Under the pieces are notes generated by a model that made no database searches, was not told the DNA's origin, and worked only from the letters and a program-made list of their open reading frames with translations. Positions 1-15,194 of a DNA stretch of 64,000 nt are shown here, piece after piece. The stretch is from the human T2T-CHM13v2.0 reference genome, Homo sapiens: the NCBI RefSeq assembly GCF_009914755.1, contig NC_060942.1. One strand, 5' to 3'. The position numbers and the translations under genes were made by a program. The stretch's first letter is position 1; each line of letters begins with the position of its first letter.

Positions 1-1049
1 AAAGAATACTTGTCAAGAATCCAGTTTAAATAGAGTGAGTGATGGAAAACATATAGGGCCAAAAAGTAAACTGGAACTGAGGAAACAGAGACTGTGAATA
101 TAGATTAATTTTTTGAGAACTTTGGTAATAATGAGGAAGAGGGAGAGATGTTGGCAGCTTAAGAAGAAAGCTTTGTTTGAGAAAGGCTTTTCTTAAGATA
201 AACATGAATGCTTATGGACAGTAGCAAAAAGCTTTTGGCTCAGGGATTGTTCTTTTAAATGTTTATGGGCTAACTTATGTAGTATTCATAGTATTAAAAT
301 AGTAAAGTAAAACCTAGCCCCTTGATTTTAGTGATATTGTGAAACTTTTGTCTTTGAGTATTTTTGGGCTATTCCTCTATAACATTTCTTGAATGGAGGG
401 TAAAACAAAAAATCTGGTTCTTTACCAGTGTTTCAGAATCATTCTGCTGAACAGTCCACATAAGCTTAATTATATTAAGAACCATTGAAGTAAAGTTGTT
501 CATAAAATTTTTTTTGCCTTAGTCTTTGTGGCATTTGCTGAGTTTAGACAATAACCGCCCCCCCCACGAAGTTACTTAATTTTTCTCTGAGCAGTAATTT
601 ACATGTGTGATCAATAGCCTCAGTCATTTTCAAAGAGACAAGTAATGAAATATTCCTACTACTTTTAAAATTTTAACCTTAAGATGATAACTGTGATTCC
701 ATTGTATAAGAACTCTCCTTTTTCACTTCAGTTAATACAGTTTTATTGAATGTGTTTGATTTTCACTTAGAATTATTAATACTGGGTGATATTTTCATAC
801 TACATTACAGAGTACTTGCAACTCTGGTGAGAATGCTGTTCCCCAAGGCCATAGCTAATGGTCTAGCAATGTTAAACTGAATTTAGAAATGATACTGTAA
901 ACTTATGCTTAAAAGTGTGGGTGGGTGATATAGAAGATGAGTATCTTTTTGGAAATAGAAGAGAGAGGGTGTGGTTGTTTCCTTCTCATGGACTCTTCCC
1001 CCAGTATAAATTCTTAAGCACTACAGGTAGTATTTGCTAATTGTTATTA

Positions 1050-1277
1050 CATGTTGAATATCCTGTATCCAAAATTCTTGAGGCCAGAAGTGTTTCAGAT
1101 TTTGGATTTTTTTAGATCTTGCGGTATTTGCAATATACTTACCAGTTGAACATCCCTAATCCGGAAATCCAAAATGCTGCAATGAGCATTTCTTCTGGAC
1201 ATTATGTTCATGCCCAAAACATTTCAGAGTTTGGAGTATTTCTAATTTTGGATTTCAGATTAGGGATATTCAACCTA
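1050..1277. mobile_element. Tigger4a/MER46A-like Tc1/mariner MITE
   Basis: Terminal inverted repeats CATGTTGAATATCC...GGATATTCAACCT, TA on both sides (1048-1049, 1278-1279), body resembles recalled MER46A consensus. Confidence 0.85.
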
Positions 1278-1574
1278 TACTTCAGTAGTTAGCCAAAATA
1301 GAAATGTTACACTGCCCTAAAAATTCAGAATGCTGCTTCCTTTTAAAGAAGAAAGTGGATTATTTTACATCTCTTATTTTACTTTCTATATGCTTCCTTC
1401 CAAAACAAAAACAGTTGACCAAAACAGATAAAATAAACACAGAAAGACATACCAAGAATGACTTAAAGGGAGGAAGCAAAGGAGTCCAATAATGTATTAC
1501 ATTTCAACATAAAGGAGAAGGATGGGCCTCCTCTCACTGGTGTGAAAGAGGGTTCTTAGAGATGATTGATACGC

Positions 1575-1724
1575 ATACCCTAAGTATGTTCCCTGGACCA
1601 GCAACATCAGCATTACTCAGAAGCTTGTTAGACCCTACCTCAGATCTACTGGATCAGAATTTGCTTTCCAACAAGACCCACAGGTAATTCTTTTGTACAT
1701 TACATTTTAAGGAATGCTGCTCTA
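1575..1724. mobile_element. MER5-like hAT MITE fragment
   Basis: ggaccagcaacatcagcattact...cttgttaga...caggtaattc...tgctgctcta motifs. Confidence 0.65.
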
Positions 1725-1734
1725 GTGGTTCTAA

Positions 1735-1985
1735 GACTTTATTCTAAATCTCAGCTCACTGCTAGGTTATCCTTGGATAAGTTATTAACCATTCTGTGCT
1801 GCAGATTTATTTGTAAAATGAGATTAATAATAGTACATAATGGGTTTTTTCTTTTAATAAGAATTAAATATAATCTCTTTAAATTAAATATAATGTTAGT
1901 CCCTCACCTTCAAGTAGAGGTTATACTGAGCTATTCAAAGATACTGTGGTTCAGGCATCCGTTCCTGGTGATAGGTGCTTAATTG
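1735..1985 (+). mobile_element. MIR, degraded
   Basis: ccttggataagttattaacc...atttgtaaaatgag core. Confidence 0.55.
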
Positions 1986-2173
1986 TGAAATAGGTGATGA
2001 TAGTATCTTATTCTTAAAAGAGAACTCTGATGAAATCTCTGAAGAAGGGAGAGATGACAAGCATAAAAATGATAGCACTGGAAGATGAAATACTGTATAT
2101 GAGGAACACTTGATGTCACTGGATTGCTTCGTGTGGGAGAAAGAAGATTGAGGGACCACTTAAACTCGGTTTA

Positions 2174-2376
<203 letters not shown>

Positions 2377-2397
2377 TCAAGGAGACAAATATAGGAA

Positions 2398-3289
2398 TGT
2401 TGATAAAAAGAGTCAAACTCTGTAAAACATTTAAGGAGGCTTATTATGTGCCAAATATGGGTGACCAAGGCCTGTGACACAGCCCCAGGATGTCCTGAGA
2501 ACCTGTGCCCAATGTGATTGGGTGACAGCTTGATTTTATACATTTTAGGGGGACAAGTTACTGGCAGACATAAATCAATACATGTAAAGTGTACATTGAT
2601 TCAGTCTGGAAAGGTGGGACAACTCGGGCTTTTAGGTCATAGGTGGATTCACGGATTTTCTGATTGGGAGTTGGTCAAAAGAGTTAAGTTATTATCTAAA
2701 GACCAGGAATCAATAGAAAGGAGTGTCTGGGTAAAGATAAGGGGTTGTGGAGACCAAGGTTTTTTGCAGGTTTTTATTATGCCTCATAGGTGGCCACCCT
2801 TAGAGGCAATTGATGGCAAGTGTTTTCTGTTCAAATGTTTCAAAGGTGCTAGACTGGCAGCTAATCTCTTCAGGAACAGAAGAACTGGAAAGGGAGGAGG
2901 ATTCTCAACATAATGTAGATTTTCCCCACAAGAGATAGCTTTGCAGGACCATTTCAAAATATGTCAAAGAAATATATTTTGGGGTAAAACACTTTGATTT
3001 TTTTCAGGGCCTGGTATCTATCATATACTTGACTCTATACTAGAGTCAGGTTGGAATTTGATATCTCATTGCTGCAGAGAGACTGCTTTGCCAGTCTTAA
3101 GATCTCTGTTTTAATGTTAATGTTGGTCAATTGTGCCTGAATTCCAAAGGGATGAGGGTATAATGAGGCGTGTTTGACCTCCCCTTCCCATCATGGCCTG
3201 AACTTGTTTTTCAGGTTTACTTTGGAATGCCCTCGGCCAAGAGCGGCCTTCATTCAGTCAGTTGAGGGGCTTAGAGTTTTATTTTTGCA
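2398..3289 (-). mobile_element. MER4-family (MER4D-like) ERV1 solo LTR
   Basis: TG...CA ends; tgttga..aaagagtcaaactctgtaaaa and ggggcttagagttttattttt termini; approximate 4-bp TSD ggaa/ggag. Confidence 0.8.
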
Positions 3290-3400
3290 GGAGTATGAAG
3301 AAAGAGAGGTATCATGTGTATTGAAATGGATAGCTCATGAAATGTTTTCATTTAATGGTAAGAACAAATCTCTTCTGTTTGAAGATCGGAAGTAGAATGA

Positions 3401-4116
<716 letters not shown>

Positions 4117-5554
4117 TGATCAGCCTTTTGGGGTCTGGAGAGCTTAGTGTGCAGACCATTTTCCATAGTCTATATTGTCAGGAATTTTCCCTTTTTGAAA
4201 TTGGAAGTTTTTAAGTGTTAATTATTGTTGTGCAGTTCACTTGATAAGGAAGCTTCTTGGGGGAGAGGTATGATGGCAGCTTTTTTTCTTCTACAGTTCT
4301 AAGGTAGTTCTTGTAACCCATGAAAGGCTGAATTGCTTTAAAGCAGCCTTTCCAAAAGGGTAAACTATTTCTCCTTCGGGTCCAGCTGAAACATAGAACT
4401 TTTAAACAAAAAATAAATTTTTAAGCATGTTAGAAGCAAGAGAAAATGCATGGTTTTTAATAGAAATGTTTTCTCAACCTTTAATGTCTACAGTGAATGC
4501 TGAAAATTTATATTTTCTTATTTTGTGAAAAGGAAACTATAAAAACATGAAATCAAAGTTCTGGTCCATCTGGCACATTGATAGCCTGCTTTTTAGGGTG
4601 TCTGGATTTAAACATTTAAATAAGTGTCCTTACCTTTAAAGTTGGAGAAATAAACCTTGGGTCTCCATTGTGTAGGTAGTTTCTAAAATCCATAGGGTCT
4701 AATGACCTGAGAAAAAGACAGAATGTAAAGCACCTCAATTTCAAGTCTGTTTCTACCCAGCCCCCCCCCCCACCCCCCGATCTTGATTTGCAATTCTGCA
4801 AGAAATAAGGTAGGGACTTAGATAACTCTAAAGGAGCTAGTTAAATACTCTAATTAGCTATCTTTCCGTGGCTCATGTTTTTGTTCAGGTGATCAAACAG
4901 AATGAATTATAGTCTAGAAGAGTCTGAGTGGGTCACTTGAGTCTTGTTTCCATCTTTAAGTGTCCAGAGCATTGAGTTTTCCACTGTTTTGTGCTTTATT
5001 ACCCTCCCCAATGGATTACTGTCATCAGGAAATTGAAAAATAACATGTTCATACACCGAATTTGCCATAAATTTTTCTTTTAGTTAAATGGAAGATTTCA
5101 GACTTGTATCAGTGGCTTGTGCTCTTGCACAGATCACAGCTTCATAAACAGGTGTAAATATTTATGTGAAATTCTTACCTAGCCCTGTGAACCACTTGAT
5201 CTTGGAATCACTTTTTCTTTTTACAAACAATCCATTTTCAGTTGCATATATTATCAATGAGTCCTAAACTAGATATATAATTTAGACCTCAATTTTTATA
5301 TCAGAAAATGTGTACTCTTTTTTTCAAAAGGGAGAAAAGAAAATGATTGTAAGGTGAGGAATTTGACGTGGTCAGAAACCATATTTAAGATGAGAAAATC
5401 TTGCTAGGTTAGAAAACATTTTAGTTTTTAATGAGTCAATATTTTAAGCATCTTCTTGGCTGGTTTAAAGGCCACATTGTCTATTTATGGTTTGTTTCCA
5501 TTCCAAACTCAAAACCAACGTGAAAATTCAATAGGAGCTCCTTTACTTTTATTT

Positions 5555-5830
5555 CTATACTCATTCCTCTAACATTTTTAAAGTGCCTGCTGTGTGCTGA
5601 AGAGATACCAAGATTAGTACACTACGATTTCCAGGAAAACACAGTCTGCTTCAGGTGATAGTAATATAGTCAAATAATTTTAACTTTATGGTATTTACTA
5701 TGATAAAGGTGCTTAACTCTGCCTGGGAGGTCAGTGAAAGCTTGGAGGAAGAGGTGACATAAAAATTAAGTTTTAATGGACAAGTAGGAATCTAGGATTA
5801 AGGGCAGGCAAAACATTCTAGGCAGAACGT
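5555..5830 (-). mobile_element. L2 fragment
   Basis: gtgcctgctgtgtgc...ggaggtcagtgaaagcttggaggaagaggtgacat, typical antisense L2 3' region. Confidence 0.55.
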
Positions 5831-6119
5831 TATGCCTAGAATGATATGCTATCTTAATATATGGCTTGTAGGCATTCAGAGTAAAGGAAGTACCTGCCAT
5901 AGTGAAAATATTTGGGTTCAGTATTTCCCCCAAAGTCTGTGAGTAATGGATTGCTTTACAGTTGGAGCCAGATGGCCTTACCTCAGATTCTTACCCGAGG
6001 ATGATCCTGAATAAAACATCTCTCTTTTGTAAAGCTTCTCTCCCTGACAAGAAAATAGCCTAACTGTTCATCTACCAAAACAGTCGGGGGAGATGATGGA
6101 CAACCAAGTAATGTCAAAC

Positions 6120-7560
6120 TGATGTTTTGCAAGGGTCACCAATGGCTTCTCAACTTAGTCTTTAACTGGGGTGGCTGCTTTTCAGCACTGGACACAGTCG
6201 ACTTCATCTTTTTATTTATCTTTGTTATTTATCTTTTTTCTCTGCCTGTCCTTTACTTGTTGTTACATTGGTCTCCTTCTCGTCTCACAGTTGGAACATT
6301 CCTTTCTCTAAGAGGCTTTCCCTGGCTCCTTGACTATTTGGGTCCTTTTAGAAAGTGTTCCTACAGCACTACATAATGTTCTTGTCATTACTCTTCATTT
6401 GTTTTTCTTTGTGTTTGATTACCTGCCATTCTTTCTCCCTAAAGGAGATAGTGTTAGTCTTGTTCATTATTGTATGTCTGGCATCTCATTCAGTCTCAGA
6501 TGTTACTGTACTCATTATATTTATTATTCAATAAATATTTATTGAGCACTTATGTAGGCTAAGGAATTCAGTAGTAAACAAAACAAAAATTCCTGCCCTT
6601 ACAGACTTATTTGTTGAATGAATGAATGAGTGAATTAATGAACAAACAAAACCTGTACACTCCCTGGACAATTTTACCCACTCTCATGTCTTCAGCCACC
6701 ACATATAAAGTGATTAACTCCCAAATGTCTATTTCTACTCAGACTTCTTTTCTGAATTTCACGCCCAGGGATCCAAGTGTCCCCTCTTCGCTATCTCCAC
6801 TAAACTCTCCCAAGCATCTTTAACTCTGTGTTCTAAAGCTGCACTCTCCCCAGATCTTTTCTTTATTCTGCATTCTCTGTCTTATAAATGGAATCACACA
6901 TCTGCTCATACATCTTGTCACCCAGTTCATAAGCTGACATTGCCTTAAATGTCCCTTTTTAACCCCTTATCCCTATTTTCTACCATTATTACTCCGGCTC
7001 ATGCCCCTTTCATCTCTTGCTTAGACTTCTATAGTGATTTTCTAATTGGTTGCTTTTATTCTAGTCTTAAGCCCTCTCATCCATCCTTTACTCTCCTACC
7101 AGAGGTATCTTTATGAAATGCAAATTAGCTGTAAGTCATCAGTGACTTAAATAGAGATAAAATCTAAACAACTTAGGGTAACATTTGAGATCTAGCCCCT
7201 GTTGATCTCTGTAGCCTCTTCACTCATTCTGTCCCACTCAGGACCAGTTAACCATCCATGCCATGCTTCTTGCAGTTCTCTTAATGTACATATTGATCAT
7301 TTTTTTCTTTCCTTTGATCCTGGTGATTTCTCAGCCAGGGGTACTGCACAGCCTACCTACCTGGTACATCTATATACTTCTTTTCCAAAATTTGTTTTCA
7401 ATGTCACATGTTCTCTGGAGCCTTTCCTAACTTCCCTCCAGTGTGGTCAAAGTGAACTACTCACCCCACCTTTTTAAAATCTCCATTGTACTCTAGTGTA
7501 TAAATGTTTCTCCTGGAACATGTTATCCTTATTTGTTTAAATCTCTCCCTCTCTCTAAGC
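6120..7560 (+). mobile_element. L2 fragments, with a small opposite-strand L2 end at about 6520-6610
   Basis: Pyrimidine-rich L2 body motifs; tttgttgaatgaatgaatg L2 terminus at about 6610-6630. Confidence 0.6.
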
Positions 7561-7584
7561 CTTGATGTCTTTTTTTTTAAAAAA

Positions 7585-7810
7585 ATGTATTGAATATATA
7601 CTTTGTGCCCTGCACTATGCTAAGTGTTCTTCATTTATTTATATCATTTACATTTGCAGTTGCCCTGTGAGGTGAGGTAGATATTATCCCCAGATGAAGA
7701 TGTCAGAGAAGTTAACTGCCCTAAGTTATATCATTACTAAGTACCAGAGTTACGATTTGAGCCAAGAATGTTGGACTGACACCTAAGTCTATGCGTTTAC
7801 TGAATCCACA
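7585..7810 (-). mobile_element. MIR
   Basis: ccctgtgaggt..attatcccc..agagaagttaactgccctaag..gatttgagccaag. Confidence 0.6.
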
Positions 7811-8269
7811 GTACTGCCTTTGTACGTCTTATGCCTGTTACATTGTATTCAGAAAACATTTGTTAAATGACTGGAAGAAAGCTTGGCGGGTCTTTTTTGC
7901 ATGGCCTTTTCGCTGTCTTGTGTGTGCCTCTCCCTGGCTCCAAGGACAGTTCTGGTTAGTATATGATCAGATCATAGTAACAGTTTGTCACCTGACTTAC
8001 TGACCAAGGACTCGTGATTGTAGAGAACTCTTAGGAGGCTGACCTGATGCTCAAGTTTCTGCTTCTCACATGATAATTTGTGGTAGAGGTAGGAAGACAA
8101 GAAGAGACTGAGTAATAGTAGAAAGAGAGAAACACAAAAAAAGCAAACAACAAAAACCAAAACCAAAAAAAAAAAAGTTTTCCTGCAATGTTTTATTATG
8201 ATAACTTTCAAATATATAGAGAGTTGACAATATGGCATTGAAACACTGTGTACCTTCTACCTAGATTTC

Positions 8270-8535
8270 AGTGGTTGGCATTGCCTATATCTGCTTTGCC
8301 CCCTCTCGTGTGTGTGTATTTTTAATACATATATCATAAATATAAATATTTAATATGCATATATAATTGTATATAAACATAATTATTAAATTATTATATT
8401 TATAATATATAGTGTAATATTTAATAATATATGCTATATAAATAAATATATTTATATTTATTATATACAAATATTTATATTATATAAAAATACACACCAG
8501 AGGGGGCAAAGCAGATATAGCCAATGCCAACAACT
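8270..8535. repeat. Inverted repeat with about 50-bp arms around an AT-rich spacer
   Basis: 8270-8324 is the reverse complement of 8485-8535 apart from a few substitutions and a 4-nt GT indel. Confidence 0.9.
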
Positions 8536-8576
<41 letters not shown>

Positions 8577-8590
8577 GATAGATAGATATA
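8536..8590. repeat. (TAGA)n tetranucleotide STR
   Basis: About 12-13 TAGA units, one interrupted. Confidence 0.95.
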
Positions 8591-8729
8591 TAAATGTATA
8601 TAGATCTGTATAAATATAGAAATATATACATATGTAATAGAAATTTATATAAATTGTAAATTTACTTACAGATATAAAATTTTATAAAAATTTATTTGCT
8701 TATTTTTCTGAGTGTCACGGGAAATGCCA

Positions 8730-8796
8730 CTTGTCTCTGATACCTGGGATGGTTGGACTTGTGCTTAGTAATCTTGATCTAATACAGAACTAAATG
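8730..8796 (-). repeat. 67-bp inverted copy of 10988-11054
   Basis: Manual alignment gives 61/67 identities, no gaps. Confidence 0.9.
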
Positions 8797-9151
8797 AAGT
8801 GGCAAGTGTCACTCCTAGCTACCTCAGACTTGTCTCATAAGAATGAGAAGATTTTATTTTATAAACCAACTTATGGTAACTGATAAAATTAGTAGTAATT
8901 CCATAATATTAATTGTAATTGAGTCCATATTCTAATTTTTCTAGTTGTCCCAATAATGTCTTTTCTATTTTTCTCCCTGAACAAGGATTCAGTTGTGCTT
9001 CATGGGTTGCATTTGGTTGTGTCTTTGGTCTCTTAATCTAAAATAGGCCTCCTACCCCAAACCTTTTCCCCTATGACACTGACCTTCTGAAGAGTTCAGG
9101 CCAAGTGCTTTGCAAAATCTCCCATATATTGGATTTGTCTGATTGTTTCTT

Positions 9152-9427
<276 letters not shown>

Positions 9428-9821
9428 GTCTGATTGTTTCTTACAGCATCATTTAATTTATTCCTTTATTCCTTCTAAATTCTGTGAAGTGGAAGTTAGA
9501 TTTACAAATTTGATTAGGTTCAGATTAAAACATAAGCGATGATGCCTATTTCATGCAATTGGACATACATAATTTCTGTTTTTCTATTTATTAGAGATCC
9601 TGAATTAATTTACTTTTGAGTATTGACCACCAGATTGTACCATTGAAAGATGCATTTTCTTCTTTGCTGTAAGTAATTATGACACCTTAGGAATATCTAA
9701 CTCATTAACATTTCACCTAATGGTTTTAGTATCCTTTAATGATCTTTGCCTGAATTAGTTATTACATTGGGCGTTCTAAAATGGTGATTTAAAATTTTGA
9801 CCATTTGTTCTAAGTAATTAG

Positions 9822-10143
<322 letters not shown>

Positions 10144-10236
10144 CTTGGCTTTTTTATCCATCCTTTCTTCTCCTTTTGCAGCATTACCATGAAGTTGTGG
10201 ATTTTTATTTATTCAGTTTTCTATTAATTAGAGTAA

Positions 10237-10770
<534 letters not shown>

Positions 10771-12949
10771 GCTATCTCCTACTCTTGTGACAAGCCCCGA
10801 TCTATTTGTCTTTGAACACTTTCTTGCATTTTACAGCACAACAAGATGTTTCAAGTTTACTTTATACTTTCTCTACCCCAAAATGGGGTTCAGCCATTTT
10901 TCCAAGGAATCTTGGCTCCAAAAAAGGAGAATCTTTTTTTTTTTAATTTAATGATTTACCTTTTGTCTTTTCACAGGGGCCTCTCTACATTTAGTTCTGT
11001 ATTAGGTCAAGATTACTAAGTGCCAGTCCAAGCATCCCAGGTGTCAGAGACAAGGGTGAGGTGAAGTGGTGGGGGTGAACTCTGATAGGCCAGGGGAATT
11101 ATTTCAGTTAAAATAATCTTTCCTTACTTTGGCAGCCTCTTAGTAGTATATCCTATCTCCGGCCCTTCCACTCTCCACCTGTGATTTGTCTCTCACACAG
11201 TTTTTATTCTTTCACTCATCCCCTTATTCATTCTGCTCTTATCTTTACTTTTACTTATCTATCTAATGCATTTTAGTGTTAAGATTTTAAGCTTTACTAC
11301 ATGATTATTTTCCACAGCCATTTCAGCTAATTAATGTGATAGTTAGGTTTTGATGTAATCTTGCTTAATACTAATTTATATTTATTTATTTGTGCTACCT
11401 CATGAAGACTTATTTCTTTGAAAAGGTTGCAATGACTGCTCTGTCTTCCACTTCTTAAAAGGTGGTTAGGCAGACTACAGTGTCTAAATTTGTGTCATGG
11501 TTTGGTGTACACTTTCCCTTAAGTTTGGTTTTCAACATCTATTTCATTCTTTTCTGTCATTCGGCCAGGATTGAGTTAAATATATGTTCTTTTTCATTGT
11601 ACCCCCCAAATCATTGAGAAGGACGTTTTGTCCGCATTTTCCTAACATAAATCTTTCTCTCCAGATGGAAGATTGAAGTCTCATTGTGCTAAGGAGGAAG
11701 GAAGTGGGGGGGGGGTGCATTTAGAAATCTGCTATATCAAGAAAGACATTAAAAATTGATAAAGGTAGGACTACCTGTTTTTATATTCTCCCACATAGCA
11801 TGTGTTTAAATGAATTTGCCTATAATTTGTTTCAAACGCTGACATTTTACTCCTAAGCTATATAATTGTGCTTGATTTTTCCAGAGTAAAATTCGTATTC
11901 TGTGACGAGACTAATATGTTCACCTACTATAAAAATTACTGCCTGTGGTAACAGCGAGAATAAAAATCTCCTTTGTGTACATAATAGCTGGCAGAGACTC
12001 CTGGGACCACCACAAATCATTCCCATCTTTTAGAGCTTGCTTTCCATGGAAATGTAAAACCAGCCTAGTCCAATGTACCTTGACTCTGAAAACCTATTTA
12101 GACTACCATTTATACTATTGTTGTTATTTAAGATGCCAAGTATTCAACAAGCTCTCCTAATTATTGTATTCTCTAAGCTTAGTAACCTGTCCTTTCCCTG
12201 TGAACCAGCTCCTCTTCTATCATCTACCTCTGGCTCCTTTTTTGTTAAAGGTTAATAATGAGAATAATGGAGCAATTGGTTATTTATGCAGTCATGATTG
12301 GCAAAAGTTATTAGAGCAAGAATCTGCCCCGAAGCAATGATTAGGTTATGAAAATGTTAAGGAATACTGAAACCAGACACCATTTTGACATTTAAAAACT
12401 AATATTTCGACCCTTAATCGTGATGACCTATTGTAAAAGTATGTATACAGAATAAATCCCATTGGATAGTAATTTTTATACCAACAGCATACATAAGTAA
12501 GTGTTAAGGGGAGATTTGAAAATGTACTGAAGGGAAAAAGAGCCTGGGGAGGAAATTACCATAATGAGAAATAAGGAACAGAGCTCTCTCTTGGGTAGGA
12601 CTATTTGTCTCCCAGGCACTGGTCTGCAAAGTTAGCTGACATTTTCCAATTTAGTATTTTCATCTTGAACAACTGGCAATTTTTAGGAGTTGTGAGAGAG
12701 GGTACCCCAGGTTAAATTGCCATGTTCTTTGTACCAAATTATAAAATTATAAAACAAGTAGGGAGGTATGTGTTCAGAAAATTTCCTGGTGATGGTTTTA
12801 TTAATGAAATATTGACTTAACTGAAAAACTTAACAAAAAAACATCAAATTATACTCTCTTTATGTTTAATATAGTTAGGAACTTTCTGTGTAAATTGGCA
12901 GTACTCTTACCAGAACAGTGTTATTACTTGTACCCCATACTGATTTTTT

Positions 12950-14200
12950 AAAATAATAACTTTATTGTGTGTAATTCATGTAAAATAAAATTCACCCTTT
13001 TGAACTATATAATTAAATGGTTTTGAGTATATTCCAAAAATGTGCAAACACCACTACTTTGTAATTCCTGAACATGTTTATTACCTTTCCCCCAAAATTC
13101 ATACCTGTTTGCAGTTACTCTCCATTTCTTCTCCCCTAACCCTTAGCAACCACTAATCTATTTCTGTCTGTATATATTTGCCTGTTCTGAACATTTTATA
13201 CAAATGAAATCATGCAATATATGGCCTTTTGTGTCTGGCTTCTTTTACTTAGCATAATATTTTCAAGGTTCATCCATGTTGTAGCAGGTAGCAGTACTTC
13301 ATTGCTTTTGGTGGCTGAATAATATTCCATTTATAAATATTCCACATTTTGTTTCTTTATCAGTGGACATTGACATTGTTTTTACTTTTCTACTATTAGG
13401 AATAATGCCATGTTGAATATGTATATACAAGTTTTTGTGTGTACATATGTTTTTTAAAAAGTTTTCTTTGCTTATATATTTAATATTCTTCAGGACATAT
13501 TTTCACTTCTCTTGAGTATATACCTAGGAGTAGAATTGCTGGGTCATATGTCAAAATAATTCTCTAACATTGTGAAACAGCTAACTTATTTTCCAAAGTG
13601 GCAGCACAGTCTTATGTTCCCATTAGTTACGTAGGAGGGTTCCAGTTTCTTCATATCCTTGTCAGTGCTTGTTTGTCTTTTTGGATATGGTCATCTTAGT
13701 TGATGCAAAATGTTATCTCAGTGTGTTTTTTATTTACATTTCCCTAATGGCTATGTTGAGTATCTCTTCTTATGCTTCTTGGCCATTTGCATATTTTGTT
13801 TTGGGAAATGTATATTCAAAGCCTTTGCCCACTTTTAAATTGTACTAATTATCTTTTTATTGTTTAGTTGTACAAGTTGTATATATTCTGGACACAAATT
13901 CTTTACCATGTCATTTCCAAATATTTTCTCTCATTCAGGGGGTTGTTTTTTCAAATTTAAAATAATGCCTTTTGAAACACAATCATTTTACATTTTGAAG
14001 TCTAATTTGTCTATTTTTTTTTTTATTTGGTTACTTGTACTTTTAAGTGATCATCGCCTAATCCAAGGTCACAAAGATGTACTTTTATATTTTCTGCTAA
14101 GAGTTTTATAGTTTTAACTCTTACGTTTAGATCAATGATGCATTTTCAGCTTGTTTTGTTTTTTTAATATGGTGTGAGGTAGGGGTTCCTTTGCATGTAT
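12950..14200 (-). mobile_element. L1MB-like 3' portion
   Basis: aactttattg..aaaattcacccttttgaac..gcaaccactaatcta..ggagtagaattgctgggtcatatg. Confidence 0.8.
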
Positions 14201-14447
14201 CTGCATTTGTTTTTATTCAAATTTAAAGAATCGAGGAATAAATTTATTTTCAAATGGGATGTTCATTGTTACTCTCTTTGTGAAGTATTGTTTTATGATT
14301 TTCGGGGAGAAATACATGTAACTTTTATCTGAAGACTTTATACTTATGACTCTCGCCAAATATGATTGCATTTCTGGTTCTGTTTTGTTTATTGGAATAT
14401 GAAAAGCAGCATTGATGGATGCAGTTTGAATCAATTTTTCAGTTTTT

Positions 14448-14702
<255 letters not shown>

Positions 14703-15194
14703 TAAAACATGTAGCCACTGCGTGTGATTGAGTTGATGTCTTTCCCTCCCCCTTTCCTTTCTCCTCCTGTTCCTGGGCCCAAAGGTAAGGAATGATTACT
14801 TGAAGCAGTCTGTGTGGGTCAGTGGGGAAGCTTCTGGTTGTATGAAAGCACAGCCAGAAGGGTAAAGAAAACACTGCTCTGTTACTTAATGAAGATCAGG
14901 TGGGCTGTTTGTTACTCATTGTCCTTATGGAAATCACAAATAAGCCTTTCTTAATTCATGTTTATTTTTTAGAATAATGAAAGTTAATTGTGGACTTATA
15001 AAAACTTTAATTGGAGAATATTAGGATATTTTGCATATGCTTGCATACATATATTAATCACATAAGTATGTAGGAGAGTATTTATATAAGCGTTTGTACA
15101 CTTATCACCAAATGGTATGTATTATATACTTAAATGAATGCTCAGAACCCTGCCAGATGTGATGTGAAATAAGCCCTAAAGACCCACTTCTGGT

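Noticed and set aside
4762-4778. C-run (and G-run at about 11706) as a functional G-quadruplex
   Set aside because: Short isolated homopolymers with no supporting context
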